This document shows positions 18,105 through 27,353 of a DNA stretch of 64,000 bases, one piece after another. The DNA is taken from the NCBI GenBank assembly GCA_003485765.1, contig DNHS01000051.1, positions 71,747-135,746 of the forward strand, given 5' to 3'. The stretch is from Candidatus Omnitrophota bacterium (lineage in GTDB: Bacteria; Omnitrophota; Gorgyraeia; Gorgyraeales; Gorgyraeaceae). Under the pieces are notes generated by a model, which did not search any database, was not told the origin of the DNA, and was given only the letters and a program-made list of their open reading frames with translations. Every line of letters starts with the position of its first letter. The stretch's first letter is position 1. A program made the position numbers and the translations under genes.

Positions 18105-18136
18105 AGATAAAAAAGGAAACACTTGATAGTTGTTTC
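18105..18136. terminator. Symmetric hairpin AAAAGGAAACA-cttgatagt-TGTTTCCTTTT; a bidirectional rho-independent terminator candidate between the att region and the cargo genes
   Basis: 11-bp perfect arms flanked by A-run and T-run, so a hairpin followed by U-run is formed on either strand. Confidence 0.45.
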
Positions 18137-18330
18137 CTTTTAAGGTTATCTCCGAAATACATTTTTTGTCCCCACCGTATAACTATAGTATAATTATACT
18201 CTAAATTATACTCCTGTCAAGCCTTACGCGTCAATATATTTTTTTGCATCATCTTCTCTGCTTGATTCTATCTTTCAGTATAAACAATACATAAAAAACT
18301 CTAAACGCATTTGTATTAATATAATAATTC

Positions 18331-18354
18331 TGTGACGTTAGTGTGACGTTAAGG
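18331..18354. repeat. Paired TGACGTTA motif (TGTGACGTTAGTGTGACGTTAAGG), copy 3 of 3, in the att-proximal arm
   Basis: See 7753-7775. Confidence 0.5.
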
Positions 18355-18491
18355 ATAAGGAATATACAAAACTATACAAACATATACAAAAGGATACAAC
18401 TAAATAAAAAACGTGTAACTTCTCTAAAAATCAGGTAATTACGCCTAATTGCTATAAAAACTATGGGTTACGAAGAACCCTTGAAAACAAG

Positions 18492-18566
18492 TGGTGCCGA
18501 GGAGAAGAATCGAACTTCCCACGCCGGCCTTTTCAGGGCCGCGCTCTACCACTGAGCTACCTCGGC
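18492..18566 (-). tRNA. tRNA-Phe (anticodon GAA); integration target
   Basis: Reverse complement GCCGAGGTAGCTCAGTGGTAGAGCGCGGCCCTGAAAAGGCCGGCGTGGGAAGTTCGATTCTTCTCCTCGGCACCA folds as a cloverleaf. Anticodon loop CTGAAAA, CCA encoded. Confidence 0.85.
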
Positions 18567-18624
18567 GATACAAGATTTACACTATTTTAACAAACCATCT
18601 TATTATGTCAATACAAAATTACCT

Positions 18625-18664
18625 TAACTTTACAATCCGTGCCTGGCACGATTTGTAAAGTTAG
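18625..18664. repeat. Palindromic element, subfamily b: TAACTTTACAAtccGTGCCtGGCACgatTTGTAAAGTTA
   Basis: Perfect 11-bp outer arms plus an inner GTGCCnGGCAC palindrome. Same architecture at 48194-48232. Confidence 0.6.
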
Positions 18665-18694
18665 CGTGGATACACTATTAATCTGCCATCTTCT

Positions 18695-19660
18695 TTAAGT
18701 ATCAGAATCTTTATGTCTTTGATAGATTTTGCCAAAGTAAGGCCTTTTTTTCTCTCCCATTACAAATATAGCTGTAGAAAGCGCATCTGCTCCTTCTGCT
18801 GAATCCAGCGCTACTGTAACGCTTATAATACCCTGACAAGGTTCTCCTGTAAGAGGGTTTATTATATGAGAATATCTTTTGCCTCCTATTTCAAAAAACC
18901 TTTCATAATTTCCAGAAGTGCTTATAGCCCTGTCAGTTAATTCAAAACTATAGAGCAATTTGCCTTTCTTTCTAGGATCCTGAACCCCTATTTTCCAGTT
19001 TTTCTTCCCAGGCGCATTGCCTAATGCAAAGATATTCCCTCCAAGATTTACAAGGCCGTTTTTAATCCCATTCGACACCAGGACATCTTTTGCCCTGTCA
19101 ACTGCATAGCCCTTAGCAATCCCGCCAAAATCTATTTTTGTGTCTTTATTCAAAAATCTTATGGATAACTTTTTAGAATCCAGCTCTATATTTTTATATC
19201 CAACGGATTTCAGCGCATTCTCTATATCATCTTTATCTGGCATTGATTTATGTTTACGAACAAAACCCCATATCTCCATAAGAGGAGCCACTGTTACATC
19301 AAAAGCTCCATCTGAAATCCTGCTATAATATATAGATCTTTCTGTCAACCTAAATGCTTCCCCGCTCACTTTTATATTTTCAAGCCCTGCTATTTTATTT
19401 ATCTTTGATACCTCGCTATTTTCATCAAATTTACTAAAAACTTTTTCTATACGCTGCATCTCCTTAAACGCCTCGCCTACAGCCCGAACAGCCTTATCTC
19501 TGTCCGGGCTGTAACAGGAAATCTCGCAGAAAGTATCCATCAGGATCCTTGTTTCTTTCACTGACAAACCTTGGCTGCATCCTGCTAAAAAGAATATCAG
19601 AAAATAAAAAATTCCGCATCCTTTCAATATAAAAAGATGCGGTTGTTTTTTAAAAATCAT
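18695..19660 (-). CDS. apbE: FAD:protein FMN transferase (ApbE family) lipoprotein
   Basis: Lipobox LAGCSQ and the signature GGIAKGYAVD (FGGIAKGYAVDRA). 321 aa. Confidence 0.8.
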   Translation of the reverse strand: MIFKKQPHLFILKGCGIFYFLIFFLAGCSQGLSVKETRILMDTFCEISCYSPDRDKAVRAVGEAFKEMQRIEKVFSKFDENSEVSKINKIAGLENIKVSGEAFRLTERSIYYSRISDGAFDVTVAPLMEIWGFVRKHKSMPDKDDIENALKSVGYKNIELDSKKLSIRFLNKDTKIDFGGIAKGYAVDRAKDVLVSNGIKNGLVNLGGNIFALGNAPGKKNWKIGVQDPRKKGKLLYSFELTDRAISTSGNYERFFEIGGKRYSHIINPLTGEPCQGIISVTVALDSAEGADALSTAIFVMGEKKRPYFGKIYQRHKDSDT

Positions 19661-19665
19661 ATGCT

Positions 19666-20244
19666 TTAAAATAAAAATACAGCTGCTGATACTACTGTGG
19701 ACCAGTTGCCGTTAGAATCAATTATAGTAGACTGGGTCATGTTCATAGTTTTGACAATCTTATCCTTAACCTGATATACCTTTTTTATTTCATCCCAGTC
19801 TTTGGAATCATCGAAATCAGGAAAACCCATTGTAGAGGCAAGCATCTTTGCCGCCAGGTCTTCTGCATAATCGCCTGCAAACTCATCTGTCTGCCCATAC
19901 GCATGGTGCTCGCTCATATAGCCGTACATGTTTTCGTCCGCAGGTATCGCGGTGCCTACAGAAGACGCTATGAGCCGCCTTGGCTCATTGGAGCTGCACC
20001 TGGCAATGACACAATAAGTTATCATGCCAGGTATGAGTTCTCTTATACCTTCATTTTTCGGAAGAATTTTACAACCTGGCGGGAAAATACTGGAGACATG
20101 CACTAGATTGCATTTTTCAATGCCTGCGTCTCTTAGGGCAAGCTCATACGAACGCAGTTCTTCTTTGTGCGTGCCAACACCTTTAGTAAAAAATACTTTT
20201 GTAGGAACTAACTTGCCTAACTGCGATGCCTGTTGCCCGTTCAT
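19666..20244 (-). CDS. pdaD: Pyruvoyl-dependent arginine decarboxylase (PdaD/AaxB family)
   Basis: [45 protein letters not shown] carries the conserved FFT.G.G and VSSI (Ser to pyruvoyl) motifs. Family-typical length. Confidence 0.75.
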   Translation of the reverse strand: MNGQQASQLGKLVPTKVFFTKGVGTHKEELRSYELALRDAGIEKCNLVHVSSIFPPGCKILPKNEGIRELIPGMITYCVIARCSSNEPRRLIASSVGTAIPADENMYGYMSEHHAYGQTDEFAGDYAEDLAAKMLASTMGFPDFDDSKDWDEIKKVYQVKDKIVKTMNMTQSTIIDSNGNWSTVVSAAVFLF

Positions 20245-20251
20245 GCTTTAT

Positions 20252-20725
20252 TTATTCTTCCTCAGGCACTGCAGGCTCTGCTGGCTGCGACGATACTGGA
20301 GCAGTCTGGCCGCCTGTAGCAGCTGGCTGTTCTGGGACAATAACGTCCACCCAGCTTGCGACAAGCTTTCCTGCATCATCAGTATAATAACCAACTTCTG
20401 CCTTATCGCCTTTTTTAATATCTGCTAGTTTTATATCCTCTATACCTTTCCAGAGTATAGTTTCTCCATCTACCACGCTAAAAGCCTTTTCCGCGCCATC
20501 AACCCCTTTTACAGTTATGGAGCCTGTGGTCGTGTCCAAAGCCGTAACATCCCCTGTAATTACTCCCTCTCCTACGCCTTCTTCTGCAGGAAGCATCTCT
20601 TCATCTTGGGGTACAGTCATAGCTTCATCAGCTGGACTTGCAGCATTATCCTCTGAATACACAGGGACTGACATACATATTACAGCCCCAAGAAAAAAAA
20701 CTACCACTGCTAATTTCTTAATCAT
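20252..20725 (-). CDS. Secreted hypothetical protein (signal peptide, acidic Pro/Ala/Glu-rich C-terminus)
   Basis: MIKKLAVVVFFLGAVICMSVPVYS signal-peptide-like N-terminus. Start moved to an internal Met. Confidence 0.5.
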   Translation of the reverse strand: MIKKLAVVVFFLGAVICMSVPVYSEDNAASPADEAMTVPQDEEMLPAEEGVGEGVITGDVTALDTTTGSITVKGVDGAEKAFSVVDGETILWKGIEDIKLADIKKGDKAEVGYYTDDAGKLVASWVDVIVPEQPAATGGQTAPVSSQPAEPAVPEEE

Positions 20726-20800
20726 ACTCTCTCCCCCTCCTTTCAATTTTCAAACAAAATTAATTATATCACAAAAAGGTTTTTTTGCAATATAATAATT

Positions 20801-21169
20801 TTACTTAGCGATATACTTTTTAATATGCTTTACGAGATCCTCTGCGCTTACCGGCTTAGCTATAAAAGGATGGCCTCCTATAGAGCCGTCTATCTCGCCT
20901 TCCTTTACAATTGCGGTTAAAAATACGACTGGAATATCTTTAAGGGCATTATCAGATTTCAATTCAGAGGCCACGTCACCCCCATCCATACCCGGCATCA
21001 TAATATCCAATAGAATTAAATCCGGCTTAAATTCTTTTGCAGCCATAAAGGCATTATTGCTATTATTCTCTATCTTTACCGTATATTCTCCTGTTTCCTC
21101 AAGATTTAATTTTACCATTTTTGTAAAACCCTCTTCATCGTCAATGATCAGTATCTTTTTCTTGTCCAT
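20801..21169 (-). CDS. Response regulator, receiver domain only (CheY-like)
   Basis: KILIIDDEEG...PDLILLDIMMPGMDG...KPV. ATG at 21169 has an AAAGAAAGGA RBS; the ORF track starts at TTG 21193. Confidence 0.8.
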   Translation of the reverse strand: MDKKKILIIDDEEGFTKMVKLNLEETGEYTVKIENNSNNAFMAAKEFKPDLILLDIMMPGMDGGDVASELKSDNALKDIPVVFLTAIVKEGEIDGSIGGHPFIAKPVSAEDLVKHIKKYIAK

Positions 21170-21189
21170 TTTAGCGTCCTTTCTTTTAT

Positions 21190-22401
21190 TCAACCTTCCC
21201 TTTTTAGAACATCCTCTGCCGCATGTAAAATAACGGTCAATTTGGTCCCTTTGCCTATCTGGCTTTCTACGCTTATAAACCCTTTGTGTTCATTAATTAT
21301 ATTTTGAGTCACGCTCAATCCTAAACCAGCGCCTCCTGCAGGGCCTTTTGTGGTAAAAAACGGGTCAAAGATTTTTTTCAGATTTTCCTCAGAAATTCCA
21401 GAGCCTGTGTCTTCGATTTCAATTATTATAGCTTTTTCTCCAACCCGAAAGCAATCATCCTCCCGCCTGCCTATGCCTTTTTTTATCTCTTCTAATATCT
21501 TATCATAGGTGCGGATAATAATCTTCCCCCCCGCAGGCATAGCCTGAATCGCATTTAATAAAAGGTTAATAAACACCTGCTCCAATTTGTTTTTATCTGC
21601 CAGGGCGCTTGGCATGTCTTGTTTTGTTTCCATTATAACATCTATGTTTTCGAATTTAAACCTTGTTCTCACTAAACTTATAGAAACCTCTAGAATAGAA
21701 TTCACATCCTCCGGTTTCAAATCTAGGCTTGCCGCTCTGGAAAAATCAAGAAGGGCATTTACAATCTTATCTGCTCTTTTTACATTATCTTTGAGCATAA
21801 TCAAGATTTCATAGATATCTGTCTCTTTGGCGGATATTTTCTTTTCCAGATAATTAACCCCTTGCAGTATTATCCCTAAGGGGTTTCTTACCTCATGCGC
21901 TACGCCGCTGGCAAGCTGGCCTACGGCGCTTAATTTCTCTGCCTGGATAAGCTGGCCTTGTGTCTCCTTCAGTTCCCTGTATGCCTTTATTACCTCTTTC
22001 TCCAGCCGCTCCTTTTCTTTATTAACCCTATACCTATCAATGGCTTTTTTAATAACCATATCTAACGCATCGCTATACAAAACATCTTTGACTATATAAT
22101 CATATGCCCCTTCCTTCATCATATCTACCGCAACCTTTTCGTTTCCTAAAGCGGTAACTACAATAAAAGGCACTTTCTTATTTTTATTATTTATCTCTTT
22201 TAAGACATCGAGCGCGGTTGAATCCGGAAGGCGGTAGTCGCAAAGCACCGCATCGTAAGACCCTTCGAATATCATTTTCAGGCCTTCGCGCGAATCCATG
22301 GCAGAATCCAATTGATAATCTTCGCTTGTTTTCCGCAAGATTCTCTTCGTAATCTCAATATGGTCCGGGTTATCTTCGATCAGTAATATTTTTAATGCCA
22401 T
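21190..22401 (-). CDS. Hybrid response regulator-histidine kinase (REC + HisKA + HATPase_c)
   Basis: N-terminal KILLIEDNPDH...DAVLCDYRLPD receiver. H-box GVAHEVRNPLGII. G-boxes DTGSGISEENL...GGAGLGLSV. Confidence 0.8.
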   Translation of the reverse strand: MALKILLIEDNPDHIEITKRILRKTSEDYQLDSAMDSREGLKMIFEGSYDAVLCDYRLPDSTALDVLKEINNKNKKVPFIVVTALGNEKVAVDMMKEGAYDYIVKDVLYSDALDMVIKKAIDRYRVNKEKERLEKEVIKAYRELKETQGQLIQAEKLSAVGQLASGVAHEVRNPLGIILQGVNYLEKKISAKETDIYEILIMLKDNVKRADKIVNALLDFSRAASLDLKPEDVNSILEVSISLVRTRFKFENIDVIMETKQDMPSALADKNKLEQVFINLLLNAIQAMPAGGKIIIRTYDKILEEIKKGIGRREDDCFRVGEKAIIIEIEDTGSGISEENLKKIFDPFFTTKGPAGGAGLGLSVTQNIINEHKGFISVESQIGKGTKLTVILHAAEDVLKREG

Positions 22402-22437
22402 AGATAAGTTACACGCTGCCGTTAATTTACGAACCCG

Positions 22438-22899
22438 TTATTCTTCCTGGCCATTAGGCGAAAAGATATTCAACAGCCCCCAGTACAGGCTTACCTCCTT
22501 GACTACTTCTACAAAATTTTCGAAGTTGACGGGTTTCTGTATAAAACTATTACAGCCGTTATCATAGCTTTTGATTATGTCCTCATCTCTCTTGGAGACG
22601 GTCAGCATAACAACAGGTATCCTTTTTAAATTAGAATCCTTTTTTATAGCTCCCAGGACATCTATGCCATTCAGCTTGGGAAGATTTATATCCAAGAGTA
22701 TCAGGCCTGGTTTCGGGCTGGAGGACAGATCCTTATAGTCTCCTTCATGTTTCAAAAAGTCCAGGGCCTCCTGGCCGTCTCTCACAATCCAAAGCTTATT
22801 GATTACTTTTGCCTCCTTAAGCGCCCTTTTGGTTATATCGATATCATCAGGATTGTCTTCAACCAAAAGTATTTTGATAATATTATGTTCCTCTGCCAT
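22438..22899 (-). CDS. Response regulator, receiver domain only
   Basis: KILLVEDNPDD...ILLDINLPKLNGIDVL...KPVNFENF. Confidence 0.8.
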   Translation of the reverse strand: MAEEHNIIKILLVEDNPDDIDITKRALKEAKVINKLWIVRDGQEALDFLKHEGDYKDLSSSPKPGLILLDINLPKLNGIDVLGAIKKDSNLKRIPVVMLTVSKRDEDIIKSYDNGCNSFIQKPVNFENFVEVVKEVSLYWGLLNIFSPNGQEE

Positions 22900-23944
22900 C
22901 TTGTTCTCCTTTGTTTATCCTGCCCATCCTTTGCTGTTCCTCTAATGCCTTTTTAATATCATCTTCTGTCACAAGCTTCCTTTCCAGCAGGATCTCGCCT
23001 ATTAACTTCTTTCCTAAAATCATGCTCCTATCCTTTGGAATAGTAAAATAGAACACAGAGCCCTCTCCGGGCTTAGACTCAACCCAGATATTCCCCTTAT
23101 GTATCTGAATTATTTTTTTTACTATCGTAAGGCCCGCGCCGGTGCCTTCGACATCCTCCCTCTTGCCAAGCCTTTGGAAGATCTCGAATATCTTTTCGAA
23201 ATATTCTTCTTTTATCCCGATACCATTATCCTTTATATAAAATTTATGAAGATCTCCTTGATCGTCATAACCTATTTCTATCACGGGCTTTTGCTTATCA
23301 TTAAACTTAATGGCGTTGGAAATCAGGTTCAAAAAAACTTCCGTTAACCTGACGCGGTCACAAAATATTTTTGGAAGCTTGTCTTTTATTATAATCTCTA
23401 CGCCCTTTTGCTTTATGGCGTATTCAAGCCTCATCTTCACTTCAGTTATCAGCTCTTCTGTTTCAACTTCTTCAATAGTGCTTCCTCTTTTTTTGAGCCT
23501 GGATATCTCAAGCAGGTCTTCGATAAGCTTTTTCATCCTTTCTGTATTGGCTCTTACGCGTTCAAGATAATGCCTCCCTTCCTCGCTTAATTTGTCCTTG
23601 TAATCATCTATTATGAATTTCGAATAGGCGTCTATGCTCCTCAAAGGCTCTTTTAAATCATGCGAGACAATATAGGTAAAGTCGTCTAATTCTTTATTAA
23701 CATCTTCAAGAATTTTCTTTTGATACTCCAAGATCTCCTTTGACTCCGTAAGATCTTCAGCTATATTCTTCATTGCCCTGCGAGAGCCCTCTAAGTCCTG
23801 CATTCTGTTCTTTAATTCATTCATCTTCTCTTCAAGCAAGGCTGCCTGCTCAAAAACAGCCTGTTCTTGCGCTTCCAGAAGCTGCTTGAGGCTTTCAATT
23901 TCAACCTTGTATGTATCAAGCAGATTTGGATCGCCGCGCTCCAT
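22883..23944 (-). CDS. Histidine kinase (coiled-coil N-terminus + HisKA + HATPase_c)
   Basis: H-box VSHDLKEPLRSI. N/G boxes NLISNAIKF, DNGIGIKEEY, GTGAGLTIVKK. Confidence 0.8.
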   Translation of the reverse strand: MERGDPNLLDTYKVEIESLKQLLEAQEQAVFEQAALLEEKMNELKNRMQDLEGSRRAMKNIAEDLTESKEILEYQKKILEDVNKELDDFTYIVSHDLKEPLRSIDAYSKFIIDDYKDKLSEEGRHYLERVRANTERMKKLIEDLLEISRLKKRGSTIEEVETEELITEVKMRLEYAIKQKGVEIIIKDKLPKIFCDRVRLTEVFLNLISNAIKFNDKQKPVIEIGYDDQGDLHKFYIKDNGIGIKEEYFEKIFEIFQRLGKREDVEGTGAGLTIVKKIIQIHKGNIWVESKPGEGSVFYFTIPKDRSMILGKKLIGEILLERKLVTEDDIKKALEEQQRMGRINKGEQDGRGT

Positions 23945-23963
23945 ATTTATCTCCTAACTAGTT

Positions 23964-24716
23964 TTAGTTAAATACCCTGTCTGCATAAGGCAATAACGCC
24001 AGCTTAACATTCAAAGCCAGTGGTTTAAAAAGGTTTGCGGCCTCCGGCGATATTGAAATCTTCGAAAATATGATAATTACATATATATCGCCGCCAGGCA
24101 AAACCCCGCCGAACCCAAGCACTGATTTAATACCGCAGGGGATGACAAAATCCTGCTGCGCAGGAACATATGGGCTGCCCAATGCTTCCGGGACATAAAA
24201 GACATTGAAGGTTTTTTGAGCGAGGTCAATTATTATTTTAGGATCGGGATTAATAACGGTATTTATCTCTAAGCCGAGCTGTTTGATTATATTACGCACC
24301 ATCGGTATCTTGTTTGCTACTTCTTCGCTTGGCAATGGTATGGCTTTATGCCCTGATGAAAGCTTCCTGGAATTCCATTCTTCCTTATCCCCCCTTGTCC
24401 CCAAAAGCACAAGGCTCTTCATTTGCGGCGTAATGGCACCAGCCCCAAACTTTTCTGCGACAAGGCGCTGGAATTCAGAGGGTAATGTTTCATAAGAGTG
24501 AGTCTTAAACAGGCGTACAAGCGCGCAGGCTCTTTCTTTAGTTTTATTGTCAATAAGATTTAGATACAGGTAATCCGTGAGCCGGCCGGCAACCTCTTCC
24601 ATGCTCTGCGCCTCTTCGCCTAATTGCCGTAATACCCTTCCGCAAATCGTCATATCAGTCAGCGTAAAATTGGACAGATCTAATTTCTCACCCAATATCT
24701 CATGCCAATTCCCCAT
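23964..24716 (-). CDS. Hypothetical protein inside the two-component cluster
   Basis: 250 aa; no recognised motif. Confidence 0.5.
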   Translation of the reverse strand: MGNWHEILGEKLDLSNFTLTDMTICGRVLRQLGEEAQSMEEVAGRLTDYLYLNLIDNKTKERACALVRLFKTHSYETLPSEFQRLVAEKFGAGAITPQMKSLVLLGTRGDKEEWNSRKLSSGHKAIPLPSEEVANKIPMVRNIIKQLGLEINTVINPDPKIIIDLAQKTFNVFYVPEALGSPYVPAQQDFVIPCGIKSVLGFGGVLPGGDIYVIIIFSKISISPEAANLFKPLALNVKLALLPYADRVFN

Positions 24717-24728
24717 TTCCCCTCCTTA

Positions 24729-26144
24729 TTAATCGTTCCCTTTATAAGGTTTTTCTCTCCCAAGCTCTTGGTTTAATCTGTTAACTTCTTTTTTTAACTC
24801 GACCATCCTGAGTTCGCGGCCTACCATAATTTTATTCGTATCCTCTAAATCCTTTAGCGTGAGTTTTTGATGTTCCTCTATTTTCTTGCGTTCGATTATA
24901 CCTGCTAATATATTTGCTACTGCATATAAAAACTCCTTCTCTTTATCATTAGCCTGATGGCCTTCATCTAAGTATAAATTAATCATCCCCAGTATTTCTT
25001 TGTCCATGGATATAATAGGGACACAGTAGTGGCCATGCGGCATTATACCTTTATATTGATTTTCATGACGTTCGTCAATATGGCCTGAAAAAATAATTTC
25101 TCCGGATAAGGCTGCCTTGCCGCAAAGACATCTGCCAAAAGGCACAGATGCGCATATTGTTTGTATTTCTGCTGACAACCCTTGTTGAGCTTTTAAAACA
25201 AGCGCGCCCGGCTTGTCTTCTACTAGAAAGATACCGCCTTTAGGCATTACTTTAGACCAAGGAGTTAAGTAAGAGAGGGCTTTTTTTAACACTTCTTCAA
25301 GAGGGATGTTTTCTAATGAAATTTTAAGCAATTTGTTCAAAATTCCCTGTATCTGGGAATCTTGCCGGATATTTTCCTCAGATGCCCTCAAGGCATCAAC
25401 CATATAATTAAAAACAGTGCCCAGTTCTCCAATTTCATCTTTTAACTTTATATCTACCCTTTTCTTCATATCTCCATGCGCGATTTCTAATGCTGTATCT
25501 CTTAGATGGATTATCGGAGATGAAATGGTGCTCTTAAAGAAAAACCAGAGCCCTAAAATAAAAATTATATTCACCATAATACCTATCAGCATAACCAAAC
25601 TAAACAAAGTTTTGGTCATATCTGACTTTGCTTCTATCTGTAAGTTTTCGCTGTGAATAAACTTGGAAAAATTTTCAGCATCTCTTATAACATCATCGGC
25701 AATAGCATCCATCTTTTCCATGAGCTTGCCTGCCTCTATATTCCCGATTGCATCAGATATAGAAAATATCTGTAACGCTATATTTTTAAGCTCCATGTAT
25801 TCTTTTTCTATATGCTTCATTAACCGGCCTTCTTCAACATTGTCAAATTTTCTATCATTTATTTTTTTGATCAAGCCCTCAACCTTGCCGCTTAAAATTT
25901 TAAAGTTTTCTGGCTCATCAGGGCTTCCGCCCGGTATCAAAAAATCATTCGCAGGCATAACTACCTGAGCTATGCCGGTCTGGAGGCTTCTGACTAACTG
26001 CATTTTTTCTGCGCTTTTATGCAGCTTAAGATGATCTTGATTATGCCTCTTATCAATCACATACACAGAGTACGTAAATAGAATTAATTCTATAAAAAAT
26101 ACAAAAAGCGTCAATCCTATCTTCATTTCTATCTTGATCCGCAT
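24729..26144 (-). CDS. Membrane sensor protein with HAMP and GAF domains and a C-terminal coiled coil (no kinase domain)
   Basis: Two TM segments flank a periplasmic region. HAMP is IIHLRDTALEIAHGDMKKRVDIKLKDEIGELGTVFNYMVDAL. GAF-like: GGIFLVEDKPGALVLKA...VPFGRCLCGKAALSGE...INLYLDEG. Confidence 0.6.
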   Translation of the reverse strand: MRIKIEMKIGLTLFVFFIELILFTYSVYVIDKRHNQDHLKLHKSAEKMQLVRSLQTGIAQVVMPANDFLIPGGSPDEPENFKILSGKVEGLIKKINDRKFDNVEEGRLMKHIEKEYMELKNIALQIFSISDAIGNIEAGKLMEKMDAIADDVIRDAENFSKFIHSENLQIEAKSDMTKTLFSLVMLIGIMVNIIFILGLWFFFKSTISSPIIHLRDTALEIAHGDMKKRVDIKLKDEIGELGTVFNYMVDALRASEENIRQDSQIQGILNKLLKISLENIPLEEVLKKALSYLTPWSKVMPKGGIFLVEDKPGALVLKAQQGLSAEIQTICASVPFGRCLCGKAALSGEIIFSGHIDERHENQYKGIMPHGHYCVPIISMDKEILGMINLYLDEGHQANDKEKEFLYAVANILAGIIERKKIEEHQKLTLKDLEDTNKIMVGRELRMVELKKEVNRLNQELGREKPYKGND

Positions 26145-26161
26145 AATTATCTTTCTTTATC

Positions 26162-27034
26162 CTAAAAAATATAGTTCAAGAATTTATATATTAATTTTGC
26201 TGTTAAAAAATCCGGGCTGATATTTCCAGGTATAGGGCACAATTCCACTATATCGAATCCTATAATCTCTTTTTCCTGACTAAGCTTTTTTAACAACGTG
26301 AGTGTCTCATACCAGCCCATGCCTCCGGGTTCAGGCGTGCCTACGCTCGGCATAATGGATGGATCAAGCGCATCCATATCTATAGTAACATAAACTCTAT
26401 TGCTATCCAAAGAATATATGACATCCTCTATCCAGTCTTCATTTTTGATCATGTCCTTCATAAAAAATGTCTTGAGATTATTGTTGGATTTGCCGGATTC
26501 TTCTTTGGACATACTTCTTACTCCTGCCTGGGAAAGGCCTGTAAGTTCTACAATACGCTTCGCAATACATGCGTGGCTATATTTTGAGCCCTGAAAACTA
26601 TCGCGCATGTCTCTGTGCGCGTCCAACTGCAGCACTGAAAAATTCTTAAAAATCTTCTTACATGCTCTTACAGGGCCAAGCGTAATGGAGTGCTCTCCGC
26701 CCAAAACCACGGGAAACTTGCCTGCTTTTAAAATAGATATGACTTCTTTTTCAATTTTATTAATTATATCTTCCGGCTTGGCGCCTATTTGCTTAATTTC
26801 TTTGGCTGTATATATGCCAAATTTATAAATCTCTTTCCCTGTCTCATCATCATATGTCTCCATGTGCTTTGAAGCATCTATTATTGCCTTTGGCCCGGCA
26901 GAAGCTCCGGATTTATAAGAAGTTGTCAAATCATAAGCAACTGGCAATATCGCTATCCTGGACTTATCCCAGGAAAAATATTCATCTTCCAGATCGCAAA
27001 ATTTAAACCGCGCTTTATAATTTTTATTTGGCAT
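26162..27034 (-). CDS. speB: Agmatinase (arginase/ureohydrolase family)
   Basis: Metal-binding motifs GGEHSIT, LDAHRDMR, TIDMDALDPS, GTPEPGG. Confidence 0.8.
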   Translation of the reverse strand: MPNKNYKARFKFCDLEDEYFSWDKSRIAILPVAYDLTTSYKSGASAGPKAIIDASKHMETYDDETGKEIYKFGIYTAKEIKQIGAKPEDIINKIEKEVISILKAGKFPVVLGGEHSITLGPVRACKKIFKNFSVLQLDAHRDMRDSFQGSKYSHACIAKRIVELTGLSQAGVRSMSKEESGKSNNNLKTFFMKDMIKNEDWIEDVIYSLDSNRVYVTIDMDALDPSIMPSVGTPEPGGMGWYETLTLLKKLSQEKEIIGFDIVELCPIPGNISPDFLTAKLIYKFLNYIF

Positions 27035-27353
27035 TTGAGGTTATGAATATATATTCCAATATTCCATTGCCTGTATTTTTTACATTGTGAACTGTACCTG
27101 GCGGTATATATAACACGGAATTATCTTCAAAATCAAATTCTTCTTCACTGTTTATTAGAAGCAGCCCCTTGCCTTTTAATATCACCAGCGCCTCTTCCAG
27201 ATCATTGGTTGAGTGTTCGCCTATCTCTTCTCCTTTTTTCAATATAACATGGCCTGACTTAAGGCCCCGAGTCCCGGAATCTTTATTAAAAAGCCTCTGA
27301 TATTTTGAATTGGATTCTAACTTTACAATTTTTGGTTTTGGAAAATCAGCCAT
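27024..27353 (-). CDS. Cupin-domain protein
   Basis: Small beta-barrel pattern GHVILKKGEEIGEHSTND...VLYIPPGTVHNVKNTG. Confidence 0.55.
   Translation of the reverse strand: MADFPKPKIVKLESNSKYQRLFNKDSGTRGLKSGHVILKKGEEIGEHSTNDLEEALVILKGKGLLLINSEEEFDFEDNSVLYIPPGTVHNVKNTGNGILEYIFITSNAK

Larger units (their letters stand above)
7936..18491. mobile_element. Integrated element A (~10.6 kb) at the 3' end of tRNA-Phe. It carries a tyrosine integrase, excisionase, serine recombinase, an iteron/replication module, XRE and MerR regulators and a three-gene cargo of unknown function.
   Basis: Bounded by the 20-bp att core copies (7916-7935, 18492-18511) and flanked by TGACGTTA pairs. The integrase sits next to the left end. 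Confidence 0.65.
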
